A stretch of DNA of 64,000 nucleotides from sequence record OR805292.1, one strand, 5' to 3'. The stretch's first letter is position 1. Each line of letters starts with the position of its first letter. The notes under the pieces were generated by a model that saw only the letters and a list, made by a program, of their open reading frames with translations, did no database searches and was not told the DNA's origin. Shown in pieces: positions 1-8,938 of the stretch. The position numbers and the translations under genes are program-made.

Positions 1-27
1 ATGCACCCTTTTATTTTTTATTTAGAT

Positions 28-1596
28 ATGGCAGCAGAAGATTATTTAATTAAAAAGGCTTTTAAAAAGGTCTTATACACAGACAAACAGATAGAAGAAT
101 TAAAAAAATGCATGGATCCTATAAATGGTCCTATGTATTTTATGACAAATTTTGTCTACATTCAGCATCCTACAAAAGGTCGTCTGTTATTTAAACCGTT
201 TCCATACCAAGTAGGTTTATTAGAAGCGTTTCACAATTATAGATATTCTATAGCTATGCTAGGAAGGCAGCTAGGTAAATCTACTGTAGCTGGATCTTAT
301 TTACTATGGTACGCAATGTTCGTACCTGATAGTTTTATTTTAGTTGCATCGAAAACAGGCGGCGACGCCAAAGAGATTATGGGTCGAATTCGGTTTGCAT
401 ATGAAAGTTTGCCAGATCATATTAGGGCAGGTGCAATTACTTATAATAAACATAGTATAGAATTTGATAACGGATCTAAGATTAAATCAACTACTACTAC
501 CGAAAATACAGGTAGGGGAATGTCCATTTCGCTAGTATATTTAGATGAAATGGCATTCGTGCCGTACAATGTGGCTATAGAAATGTGGACTTCTCTATCA
601 CCCACATTATCCACTGGCGGTAAATGTATAATAACTTCTACGCCTAATACCGACGAGGATTTGTTTGCCGATATATGGCATAATGCAAACAAATTAACTG
701 ACGAATACGGAAATGAACGAAAAATAGGTGCTAATGGATTTAAGCCGTTTAAAGCTACTTGGAAAGATCATCCTGACAGAGATGAAAATTGGGCAACAAT
801 AGAGCGTGAAAAGATAGGGGAAGAAAGATTTCGTAGAGAACACGAAGTGGAGTTTATTTCTTTTGAAGAAACTCTTATAAATTCTATAAAATTAAATCAA
901 CTAGAATCTAAAACTCCTATAAGAAAAACAGGCCAAGTCCGTTGGTATGAAGAAATAAAGCCGACAAATACATATGTTGTTGGATTAGATCCATCTATGG
1001 GAGCAGGCGGCGACAATGCTGCAATACAAGTGTTAGAATTACCTACAATGAAACAAGTAGCTGAGTGGCAGCACAACAGAACACCAGTTGAGGGTCAAGT
1101 TAGGTTGTTAAATGAAATACTTACAGAAATACAAAACGCAGGTGTAGTAGAATTATATTGGTCGCTGGAATCTAATAATTTAGGAGAAGCTGCATTAGTG
1201 GTAATACGTGATACAGGAGAAGAATATTTTCCTGGAACATTTTTGCATGATCCTGTAAAACAAGCAGGGGCGAATAGTCGTAAAAGACAAGGTTTTCTTA
1301 CTACTAATCGGACAAAAATAGAAGCATGTTCTAGATTGAAATCCTTAATAGAAAATAATAAAATAAAAATATCATCTTCTGCATTGATTAGTGAATTAAA
1401 GAATTATGTACACAGAGGAGCCACGTTTGAAGCTCGACCGGGAACTACAGACGATTTGGTGTCTGCACTTATATTAACATTAAGGATGACTCAGTTTATT
1501 GCATTATGGGATGATAATACAAATGGTGCAATCAGTGCAAGTATAGAAGTCGTCGATGAGGATGACGATAGTATGCCCATGCCTTTCTTATTTTAA
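28..1596 (+). CDS. terL: Terminase large subunit (T4 gp17-like)
   Basis: Walker A GRQLGKST, Walker B VYLDE, motif III STPN, RNase H-like nuclease GLDPSMG...D and TDDLV. Start ATG 28 assumed; it could lie upstream of the window. Confidence 0.95.
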   Translation: MAAEDYLIKKAFKKVLYTDKQIEELKKCMDPINGPMYFMTNFVYIQHPTKGRLLFKPFPYQVGLLEAFHNYRYSIAMLGRQLGKSTVAGSYLLWYAMFVPDSFILVASKTGGDAKEIMGRIRFAYESLPDHIRAGAITYNKHSIEFDNGSKIKSTTTTENTGRGMSISLVYLDEMAFVPYNVAIEMWTSLSPTLSTGGKCIITSTPNTDEDLFADIWHNANKLTDEYGNERKIGANGFKPFKATWKDHPDRDENWATIEREKIGEERFRREHEVEFISFEETLINSIKLNQLESKTPIRKTGQVRWYEEIKPTNTYVVGLDPSMGAGGDNAAIQVLELPTMKQVAEWQHNRTPVEGQVRLLNEILTEIQNAGVVELYWSLESNNLGEAALVVIRDTGEEYFPGTFLHDPVKQAGANSRKRQGFLTTNRTKIEACSRLKSLIENNKIKISSSALISELKNYVHRGATFEARPGTTDDLVSALILTLRMTQFIALWDDNTNGAISASIEVVDEDDDSMPMPFLF

Positions 1597-1598
1597 AC

Positions 1599-1604
1599 TA
1601 AATA
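1599..1604 (+). promoter_or_regulatory. T4-type late promoter TAAATA
   Basis: TAAATA 24 nt upstream of ATG 1628; the motif recurs before many putative virion genes. Confidence 0.6.
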
Positions 1605-1627
1605 TAGTTAAATTGGATTTAGATTTA

Positions 1628-3118
1628 ATGAAACTATTTGAAGTGTTTACTTTATATGAAGATAAAGCAGAACTGATTGTGAAAAATCAAGGACCCAACC
1701 TCCTTACTGCTGCTAAAAATTATGGATCGAATATTCGTACGGCTGAAGAAATAATGAATGTTCTTAAGCGTGCAGATCCTACATCTAATCAGAAATATTT
1801 GCAATGGATTACTAATAGATTTATTGCAGGTGAATTTAGATTAGAAGATACTAATAGAATAAGGGCAGAACTTATATCATTCGAAAGATATAAACGTGTT
1901 TTACCGAAAAAAGATATAAATCAGTATAAAACACTAGGAGAATTGTATGCAGTAATTGACCCATTAAATGACGCAGCAACAGGCAACGATCTGATTGGTG
2001 TATCTAATAAACAAGTTAAAAAGCATGCATATAATGCCAAACGCCAAGAATTAATTTCGTCTGGTCAAGCAGATGTAATTTATAAAGGCCAAGAAGGAAT
2101 GCTAGTTAATCCCAAAACAGAAGAAGCAGCAATATTCTTCGGTCAAGGAACTAGGTGGTGTACCGCAGCAACTAGTAGTGATAATATGTTTAGTCACTAC
2201 CATAGTCAGGGACCGTTATATACTTGGTTAGGTTCGGATGGATTCAAAGCACAATTCCATTTAGAAACTAATCAATGGATGGATTCAAAAGACGAGCCTT
2301 TAGACAACGCTCAGATGTCTAAGCTATTGTTAATTCCTATAATTAAAAAATTGTACGACGACGGTATAATTAAATCTGAGAAATCACTTGTCGGCGATCG
2401 TGGCGGCTTCGATGACGAATATGATAATAGACTATCGGATGACTATTATTTCGACATGTGGGCTGATCGAAAATACCGTATCAAACGACATATTGAGAAA
2501 CACGGCATGTCTGAGTATTTAATAGATACACTTTCTGTTAAAGATCCTTTATTACCGTTGTTTGTTTTACCAGAACACTCAAAATACCCTGCGTCGAAAT
2601 CACTCGATGATTATTTTTTAAAATTATCCAAAATAGAACCGCTCGACCAATATAAAGAGATAAATGGGTATTTTGAGAGTGATATGTTACTTCGATTAAC
2701 TAGATACCTTGAAGATTCTACAGGGTCTCATTCTAAATCTTTAGATGATGCTGGATTTAATTTTGTTCGTCGATTACTGGACATAGGCGGAAAGGATTTT
2801 GATTTAATAATATCGAACTATCTAAAACATGTAGCTGAGAATTCTAAAACAAAACAATACCTTCTGTCTAATCTTCCGTTAGCTGTTGAGATTGCTAATT
2901 CGATCGAATGGCCAGAACTTATGACAGCAATTGAGCATGAGCTTAGCAATGCTAAAACACCAAAAGAAGAGAACGATGCAATAAAACTAGGCAGTGATTT
3001 AATGTTTAAATCTAATAGCCTGCCTGTATCTAAATGGTTTATTAATTTACTTAAAACTACAGATGCAGGTAAACGATACTTATCATCATTACCTGAGTAT
3101 GACAACACAAAACAATAA
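1628..3118 (+). CDS. Hypothetical protein with FGQGTRWCTA (PcfJ-like) domain, putative head-packaged protein
   Basis: Long ORF; start moved to ATG 1628 (MKLFEVFTLYE leader) after the late promoter; G-T-x-W-C domain common in jumbo phages. Confidence 0.6.
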   Translation: MKLFEVFTLYEDKAELIVKNQGPNLLTAAKNYGSNIRTAEEIMNVLKRADPTSNQKYLQWITNRFIAGEFRLEDTNRIRAELISFERYKRVLPKKDINQYKTLGELYAVIDPLNDAATGNDLIGVSNKQVKKHAYNAKRQELISSGQADVIYKGQEGMLVNPKTEEAAIFFGQGTRWCTAATSSDNMFSHYHSQGPLYTWLGSDGFKAQFHLETNQWMDSKDEPLDNAQMSKLLLIPIIKKLYDDGIIKSEKSLVGDRGGFDDEYDNRLSDDYYFDMWADRKYRIKRHIEKHGMSEYLIDTLSVKDPLLPLFVLPEHSKYPASKSLDDYFLKLSKIEPLDQYKEINGYFESDMLLRLTRYLEDSTGSHSKSLDDAGFNFVRRLLDIGGKDFDLIISNYLKHVAENSKTKQYLLSNLPLAVEIANSIEWPELMTAIEHELSNAKTPKEENDAIKLGSDLMFKSNSLPVSKWFINLLKTTDAGKRYLSSLPEYDNTKQ

Positions 3119-3146
3119 ATACAATTAAAGTTTTGAGGTAAGAATT

Positions 3147-4637
3147 TTGATTAATTATAACAGAACTGCTAAAAAAATATTTTCTGTATTAAAAGGGCAC
3201 AGCTATCGGGTTAAAATGTATGACCTAACAGGCAATGAAGTGATAGACCCGGAAAAAGCTCGTCGATTTTATGTTCAATATCCGAACATGATGATAACAC
3301 TAGATGAAGACACTGGTGAAATTCGTATGAGCAAAAACAATAATATTTCTTTAACTGAATACGAAAGTACATTAGTTCAGTTAAAGAACATAGCAGTTCA
3401 TTACATGCTAAATTTTACCTTGAAAGACTTCGGGAGAGAAATAACACCGAGAGATTTTGCATACCAAGCAAAAGTTAAAAAGGAAAAAGAAATGTCTAAC
3501 GGATCTGTATCTGAATCTATATCTCCTCTAGTTGGTTCTAGAAAAACAAGTTATCAAACAATAGAAAATGTTAAAATACATGTAAAGCATAAGACACATG
3601 TCGACGAAGAGATTAGGGGAGCTCGTTCTAGAAATATTTCTGCAATTTTTATAGAACACTCGGGAGAAAGGTTTCGTTTTCCTCACAATAACTTAGTTGG
3701 TGCCCGCGCCATGGCAAGACATATACAGCAAGGCGGTAATCAATACGATTCGATTGGTTCTTATATAATAGAAAGCTGTGCTAACTATACTAAGTTAAGA
3801 GAATTTATGAGATATATTCGTTCTAACAATCTTATAACAGAAGATAGCAACGATGTTATTGCTAATATTAAGGAAAGTATAGATAGTATAGCTACAGATT
3901 TAAGACGTCTATCTGGTGTAAATACCTACGATATAGTAAAATCTAGGATCGAAGAAACAGAAGAAACAGAATGCGATGTATCTGATGTAGATAAGTTTAA
4001 GGATATGTTTACTATTCGTAAGTTTGATGATAAGTTTACTGATGTTCTTCCTATAGTGAGTAAACTCGTTAAGGAAAAACAATCATATTTAAAGAAAATA
4101 GAAGAAGCAGTTTCTAAACAAATTTATATAGAGTCTATGCCTATTTTAGAAACTAATGCTATAATATATGAAAATCCTAATATTAAGTTAGGACATAGCT
4201 TACAAGAACTTAGTTCTAGAATATTAGAAAACACATTATTAGCTAATTATATTTCGTCAATGGGATCTAAGCTAATAAAAGAAAATACTTTAAATAAATT
4301 CGAATGTTCTATAATTAAATCATTTTTTGAAAACGTTAGTGTTAAAAAAGCAAATACTAATCAAACTAACGGGTTATTTGCAGAATCGATTAACGAATTT
4401 GGGATAAATATTCCTGACTTCCCGGATAATAATCCCTTTAATAAAAATAAAGACAACAAATACAGTAATTCAGATTTAGATAAACATGCATCTGATCAAA
4501 AAGTAGATGCAAATGACACTGTCTCTAAAATTGATTTTATTATAAGCAATAGTCACGGAAGGTATAATGACAGAGAAAAATTACTAAAATTACCAGATGA
4601 TGTTATTAACAGAATATATTCTAAAATTGCTAAATAA
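3147..4637 (+). CDS. Conserved jumbo-phage protein, probably structural
   Basis: 496-aa ORF, TTG start with GAGG SD, TAAATA at 3116-3121. Confidence 0.6.
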   Translation: MINYNRTAKKIFSVLKGHSYRVKMYDLTGNEVIDPEKARRFYVQYPNMMITLDEDTGEIRMSKNNNISLTEYESTLVQLKNIAVHYMLNFTLKDFGREITPRDFAYQAKVKKEKEMSNGSVSESISPLVGSRKTSYQTIENVKIHVKHKTHVDEEIRGARSRNISAIFIEHSGERFRFPHNNLVGARAMARHIQQGGNQYDSIGSYIIESCANYTKLREFMRYIRSNNLITEDSNDVIANIKESIDSIATDLRRLSGVNTYDIVKSRIEETEETECDVSDVDKFKDMFTIRKFDDKFTDVLPIVSKLVKEKQSYLKKIEEAVSKQIYIESMPILETNAIIYENPNIKLGHSLQELSSRILENTLLANYISSMGSKLIKENTLNKFECSIIKSFFENVSVKKANTNQTNGLFAESINEFGINIPDFPDNNPFNKNKDNKYSNSDLDKHASDQKVDANDTVSKIDFIISNSHGRYNDREKLLKLPDDVINRIYSKIAK

Positions 4638-4718
4638 AATTATTATAAAGATCATTGAAATGGATTCGAAATAAAATTAATTCTGTATACTTTGCATATT
4701 ACACTAAAAAATAAATGG

Positions 4719-4747
4719 TTGACAAATAGATAACTGCATTATATAAT
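4719..4747 (+). promoter_or_regulatory. Sigma70 promoter of ssb
   Basis: TTGACA (4719-4724), 17 nt, TATAAT (4742-4747): perfect consensus. Confidence 0.9.
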
Positions 4748-4760
4748 TACACCATAACTT

Positions 4761-4801
4761 AGTTTTGCAGCTAACCCGAGCAAAACTGTATTAAAAGGGT
4801 T
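4761..4801 (+). promoter_or_regulatory. H-type pseudoknot in the ssb leader (gene 32-type autoregulatory element)
   Basis: S1 AGTTTTGC 4761-4768 / GCAAAACT 4780-4787; S2 AACCC 4773-4777 / GGGTT 4797-4801; then an A-rich tract to ATG 4838. Confidence 0.6.
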
Positions 4802-4837
4802 TAGGATAAAATAAAAAAATATTAAGGATAATTCATT

Positions 4838-5824
4838 ATGGCTTCTCTTGCTGAACTACGTCAAAAATTAAAAGATCAAGAAACAAAACGTGGCACAAAA
4901 TCATCTGGCAGTGCAGATAAAAGTAATTTCCCATTCTGGGACATGAATGAAAACGACAGTGCTACTGTAAGATTTCTTCCTGATGCAAACACTGATAATA
5001 CCTTTTTCTGGGTAGAAAAACAACAAATTAAAATTCCATTTAGTGGCATTGTAGGTATGAATAGTAAACCTACAGTTGTTACTGTACCGTGTGTAGAAAT
5101 GTGGGGGGAATCTTGCCCTATTCATCAAGAAATCCGTCCGTGGTTTAAAGATCCTTCGTTAGAGAAATTAGCGCGTACTTATTGGAAGAAACGTTCTTAT
5201 ATTTTCCAAGGACTTGTTCGTAAGTCACCCCTTGTAGAACAAGAACTACCGGAGAATCCTATTCGCAAATTCACATTCGGAAGTCAGATTTTTAATCTAG
5301 TTAAATCGTCTCTATTAGACCCCGAAATGGAAAACATTCCCACTGATTATTTAAATGGTACTGATTTCCAGATAACTAAATTAATGAAGGGCCAATATGC
5401 CGATTACGCTACATCTAAATGGGCAAGGAAAGAATCTTCGTTAACTGAAGAAGAATTCCAAGCAATCCAAACATATGGTCTGTATGATTTAAGTAAATTT
5501 TTACCTGCTAAACCTGATGCAGAAGCATTAGCTGCTATATTCGAGATGTTCGAAGAATCAGTAGAAGGTAAAGAATATGATCCGCAGCGTTGGGGGAAAT
5601 ACTATCGCCCTTACGGGGTTGAAGTTCCTACTAATACTTCTGTAAGTGTACCTGTATCTAAACCAGAACCTAAGACTACGGTATCTAGTTCTTCAGTTAT
5701 AGAAGACGATAACGATGATCTTCCTTGGGAAGATACTACTAAACCCGTAGAGCCTGTCAAATCTGCTTCTAATGCGCAAGATATAATTGCGCTCATCCGC
5801 GCCCGCCAAAACAGCGGCAACTAA
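4838..5824 (+). CDS. ssb: Single-stranded DNA-binding protein (T4 gp32-like)
   Basis: TVRFLPD, PC...CP Zn ligands, YWKKRSY, DY..SKW motifs, acidic DDNDDLPW tail, position before uvsX. Confidence 0.9.
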   Translation: MASLAELRQKLKDQETKRGTKSSGSADKSNFPFWDMNENDSATVRFLPDANTDNTFFWVEKQQIKIPFSGIVGMNSKPTVVTVPCVEMWGESCPIHQEIRPWFKDPSLEKLARTYWKKRSYIFQGLVRKSPLVEQELPENPIRKFTFGSQIFNLVKSSLLDPEMENIPTDYLNGTDFQITKLMKGQYADYATSKWARKESSLTEEEFQAIQTYGLYDLSKFLPAKPDAEALAAIFEMFEESVEGKEYDPQRWGKYYRPYGVEVPTNTSVSVPVSKPEPKTTVSSSSVIEDDNDDLPWEDTTKPVEPVKSASNAQDIIALIRARQNSGN

Positions 5825-5829
5825 ATAGG

Positions 5830-5858
5830 GAGAGGGGATCGCTGATCCCCTCTCTTTA
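5830..5858 (+). terminator. Intrinsic terminator after ssb
   Basis: GAGAGGGGATC-gct-GATCCCCTCTC followed by TTT. Confidence 0.75.
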
Positions 5859-5931
5859 ATATAACCTAAAATAGCCAAAAAGTACAACTACAATGTTGGA
5901 AGGACGGCAGTATTATAAAAAAGGACATTTT

Positions 5932-6177
5932 ATGACAAAACCATTCGATATTTCTAAATTTAGAAAAGATATTACTAAAAGTATCACTGGCATTAGTACA
6001 GGATTTAATGACCCAACTATTTGGATTAGTACCGGCAACTATACTCTTAATTATCTCATTAGTAGCGACTTTAATAAAGGCGTACCTATGGGTAAAGTAA
6101 CTATGTTTGCTGGCGAGTCGGGTTGTTTGCCTGAAACTGCTAAAGTGAAAATTAGACTATCTAAGAAGCAATCTTAA
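5932..6177 (+). CDS. uvsX: UvsX/RecA N-terminal extein (64 aa) fused to 17-aa split-intein N-fragment
   Basis: ISTGNYTLNYLIS...GKVTMFAGESG, then CLPETAKVKIRLSKKQS-stop (Cys1 at 6124); AAGGA SD before ATG 5932. Confidence 0.92.
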   Translation: MTKPFDISKFRKDITKSITGISTGFNDPTIWISTGNYTLNYLISSDFNKGVPMGKVTMFAGESGCLPETAKVKIRLSKKQS

Positions 6178-6186
6178 CTGTCCAGT

Positions 6187-6226
6187 GTCTCCGTCGAGGA
6201 TAAATACTTTTATCTAAAACGGAGAC
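6187..6226 (+). promoter_or_regulatory. RBS-sequestering hairpin with embedded late promoter, upstream of the homing endonuclease
   Basis: GTCTCCGT 6187-6194 pairs with ACGGAGAC 6219-6226 (covers the GGAGA SD); inner stem 6198-6204/6209-6215; TAAATA at 6201-6206. Confidence 0.75.
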
Positions 6227-6229
6227 TTT

Positions 6230-7663
6230 ATGGGAAATTACAATGTTCTTTCTACAAAAAACTTTAAGAAGCTATGTAATGAGTTAAACATAGTAACGAT
6301 ATCAGAAAAGTACATTTCTGATATACGTAAGATAGAAGATTCTGCTAAGAGCAAAGTGGATTCTGCATCTCAGCGTATGATATTAACTATGATAACTGTG
6401 AAAGTTCCCGACTTATATGATGCATATAACAGATACTATCAGCTCAGAACAGATGGTATTAGTACAAAAACTCAAGACAGTATTTCTTATATTTTTGGAA
6501 AAGACTTCCTCGAATCTGTTAATTTACTAATCAGTAATAGATATAAAACTGCATTCCGTAAAGGAATGACAGTGGAAGAGGCATTTATAACACGTAATAA
6601 AGACTTTTCCAATAATGGTGTGTATTATAACCAGATGACTGATAAGCAAAAGAAACGTTTATCATTATTGCTTAGTGTGTATACACCAGAAAGGTTGGAG
6701 TTTTATAAAAAGACAATTTCGTTTTTTATTAAGTTAGATTTGACTAATTATGCAGGAAGAATGAAAAGACTGATGAAACTGGGATCTAGTACGTCTTTAT
6801 ATGCTAGCGTATTACGGTATGGTAAATCTGTCGGAAAAAGCACACATTCATCTGTATCTGCGGTAAAGAGAAACTATTTGCCTACTTCGATACAATATTG
6901 GATGGCAAAGGGGTTTGATGAAGATACTGCATTAGTGAAGATAAACGAACATCAACAGAAAGCAAGTGCCATGTCTTCCAAAAAACTAAAAGGCACTAGC
7001 GAATACTCTGTTCGATCAGTTGCATATTGGATTAAAAACGGGTATAGCGAAGAAGAGGCAAAAGGGAAAGTATCTAATATACAGAATACTTGGAAAAATG
7101 TATCTCAAGAAGAGCGTGATCGAAGAATAGAATCGTGGATGACTACAATGAGTCTTAAAACAGACGAGGAGAAATCTTTGATAAACCTTAAAAAAACTCA
7201 CAGCCCGGAAGGGATAATGGCAAGGACAAATTGCGATTATGATATTGCATTTAAGCAAAGCGTTGATTTTTTTAAGAAACGAAATAATTCTTCTAAAGTA
7301 TCTCAAGAACTATTTTGGGGAATTGCCGAGGATATCGATACCGATGGAGTTTACTTTTCTGAACTAAACTACGAATACCCTGTTATGGGGAAAATAGTAG
7401 ATTTCTATGATTCTAAAAGCAAAACAGTAATCGAATTTTATGGAAACTTTTGGCATGCAGATAGTACATATACTGATGACACACTGATATATGGAAAAAC
7501 TGCTAAAGAAATAAGAGAATCGGACATTTACAGAGAAACGTTAATTAGATCATCTGATTTGGTTAGTGATTTTATAGTAGTTTGGGAAAAGGACTTTAGG
7601 AAGAATCCGAAAGAAACAATTAAAAATTTAGTTAATATTTTAAATAATAAAAGGAAATTTTAA
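6230..7663 (+). CDS. Free-standing Vsr-like (PD-(D/E)XK, DUF559-type) homing endonuclease inside the fractured uvsX
   Basis: C-terminal VDFY...VIEFYGNFWH...D...VVWE motif, YW..G..E..A repeats, located between the split-intein halves. Confidence 0.8.
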   Translation: MGNYNVLSTKNFKKLCNELNIVTISEKYISDIRKIEDSAKSKVDSASQRMILTMITVKVPDLYDAYNRYYQLRTDGISTKTQDSISYIFGKDFLESVNLLISNRYKTAFRKGMTVEEAFITRNKDFSNNGVYYNQMTDKQKKRLSLLLSVYTPERLEFYKKTISFFIKLDLTNYAGRMKRLMKLGSSTSLYASVLRYGKSVGKSTHSSVSAVKRNYLPTSIQYWMAKGFDEDTALVKINEHQQKASAMSSKKLKGTSEYSVRSVAYWIKNGYSEEEAKGKVSNIQNTWKNVSQEERDRRIESWMTTMSLKTDEEKSLINLKKTHSPEGIMARTNCDYDIAFKQSVDFFKKRNNSSKVSQELFWGIAEDIDTDGVYFSELNYEYPVMGKIVDFYDSKSKTVIEFYGNFWHADSTYTDDTLIYGKTAKEIRESDIYRETLIRSSDLVSDFIVVWEKDFRKNPKETIKNLVNILNNKRKF

Positions 7664-7666
7664 TAA

Positions 7667-8938
7667 ATGGAATACATCGAAAAGGAAGTAACAGTTAGTG
7701 AACTGAAGTCTCTCTACAGTAGTAATGAATACGAAATTGAGTTAGACACACCAGATGGCTGGCAAAAACTGGGATCTTGGTTCGATAAAGGCCCTCTTAG
7801 TATGGTGACGGTAGAAACGCAGGATGGGTTAGTTACTAGATGTGCAGTAAACCATATGATCGAAGTGGTAGACGGATCGGAAACTTTTTGGACACTTGCA
7901 AAAGACTTGTACGAAGGCCAACAAGTGCTTACTGTAAACGGTGTCTCAACAATTAGTTCTGTAACTGAAAGTGGCATCGAAGAATGTTTCGATTTCGAAA
8001 TACTCCACGAAAATCATCGTTACTATGGTGATGGATTCTCTTCTCACAATAGTGGCAAATCGTATATAGTATCAGGAAACATTGTAAAAGATGCACAAGA
8101 AAAGGGAATTTTTGTTGTATTACTTGATTCAGAAAATGCACTCGACGAATCTTGGTTACATGCACTAGGTGTTGACACCGGACCGGAAAAAATGTTACGC
8201 ATCTCTGTATCGATGATAGATGATGTAGCAAAAATTATTAGTGATTTTGTTAAAGATTACAAGACTAATTATGCCGAACTACCTAACAATGATCGACCAA
8301 AGGTGCTTTTTGTTATTGACTCGCTCGGAATGTTATTGACACCAACGGAAACTGCACAATTTCAAAATGGTGATATGAAAGGAGATATGGGCAGGAAAGC
8401 AAAACAATTAAAAGCATTGATTTCTAACTGTACAAATATGTTCGGCAACTTAGACATAGGCCTTGTTTGTACTAACCATACATATGCATCTCAAGATTTA
8501 TTTCAGCCTGACGCTGTAATTTCGGGTGGCAGCGGCGCAGTCTATGCGGCGTCAATTGTAGTGGCAATGCAAAAGTTAAAGTTAAAAGAAGACGAAGCAG
8601 GTAATAAAATTTCTGAAGTAGCTGGCATTCGTGCAGTATGTAAAGTTGTGAAATCTCGATATGCAAAGCCGTTTGAGACAGTAAAAGTAAATATTCCATA
8701 TGATACAGGTATGAGTCCAATATCGGGTCTATTTGACTTGTTTGAAAAAACAGGTAAACTTGTAAAACAAGGCAATAGATATAAGTACATAACCAAGGAT
8801 GGTACTGAAATGCTGTATTATAGGAAAGAATGGAATGATTACGATAAACTAAAAGTAATTATGAATGAATTTACAGACGAAGACCTAGGCAATGTCGTAG
8901 AAGTGGAAGAGGGTCATTTAGAAGAGTTCGATGAATAA
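7667..8938 (+). CDS. uvsX: 128-aa split-intein C-fragment fused to UvsX/RecA C-terminal extein (295 aa)
   Basis: Block B CAVNH, block F CFDFEI, terminal HN (8045-8050) followed by Ser; then SGKS, LLDSENA, VIDSLG, TNHTY, ISGGSG RecA motifs. Confidence 0.93.
   Translation: MEYIEKEVTVSELKSLYSSNEYEIELDTPDGWQKLGSWFDKGPLSMVTVETQDGLVTRCAVNHMIEVVDGSETFWTLAKDLYEGQQVLTVNGVSTISSVTESGIEECFDFEILHENHRYYGDGFSSHNSGKSYIVSGNIVKDAQEKGIFVVLLDSENALDESWLHALGVDTGPEKMLRISVSMIDDVAKIISDFVKDYKTNYAELPNNDRPKVLFVIDSLGMLLTPTETAQFQNGDMKGDMGRKAKQLKALISNCTNMFGNLDIGLVCTNHTYASQDLFQPDAVISGGSGAVYAASIVVAMQKLKLKEDEAGNKISEVAGIRAVCKVVKSRYAKPFETVKVNIPYDTGMSPISGLFDLFEKTGKLVKQGNRYKYITKDGTEMLYYRKEWNDYDKLKVIMNEFTDEDLGNVVEVEEGHLEEFDE

Larger units (their letters stand above)
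5932..8938 (+). mobile_element. Fractured gene: split intein plus intervening homing endonuclease in uvsX
   Basis: IntN 6124-6174, HEG 6230-7663, IntC 7667-8050; insertion point in Walker A GESG/SGKS. Confidence 0.88.

Noticed and set aside
6178-7666. Group I intron interrupting uvsX
   Set aside because: The flanks are protein-level intein blocks (Cys1; HN/Ser) with their own stop and start codons. The non-coding gaps are only about 50 and 3 nt, too short for a ribozyme core.
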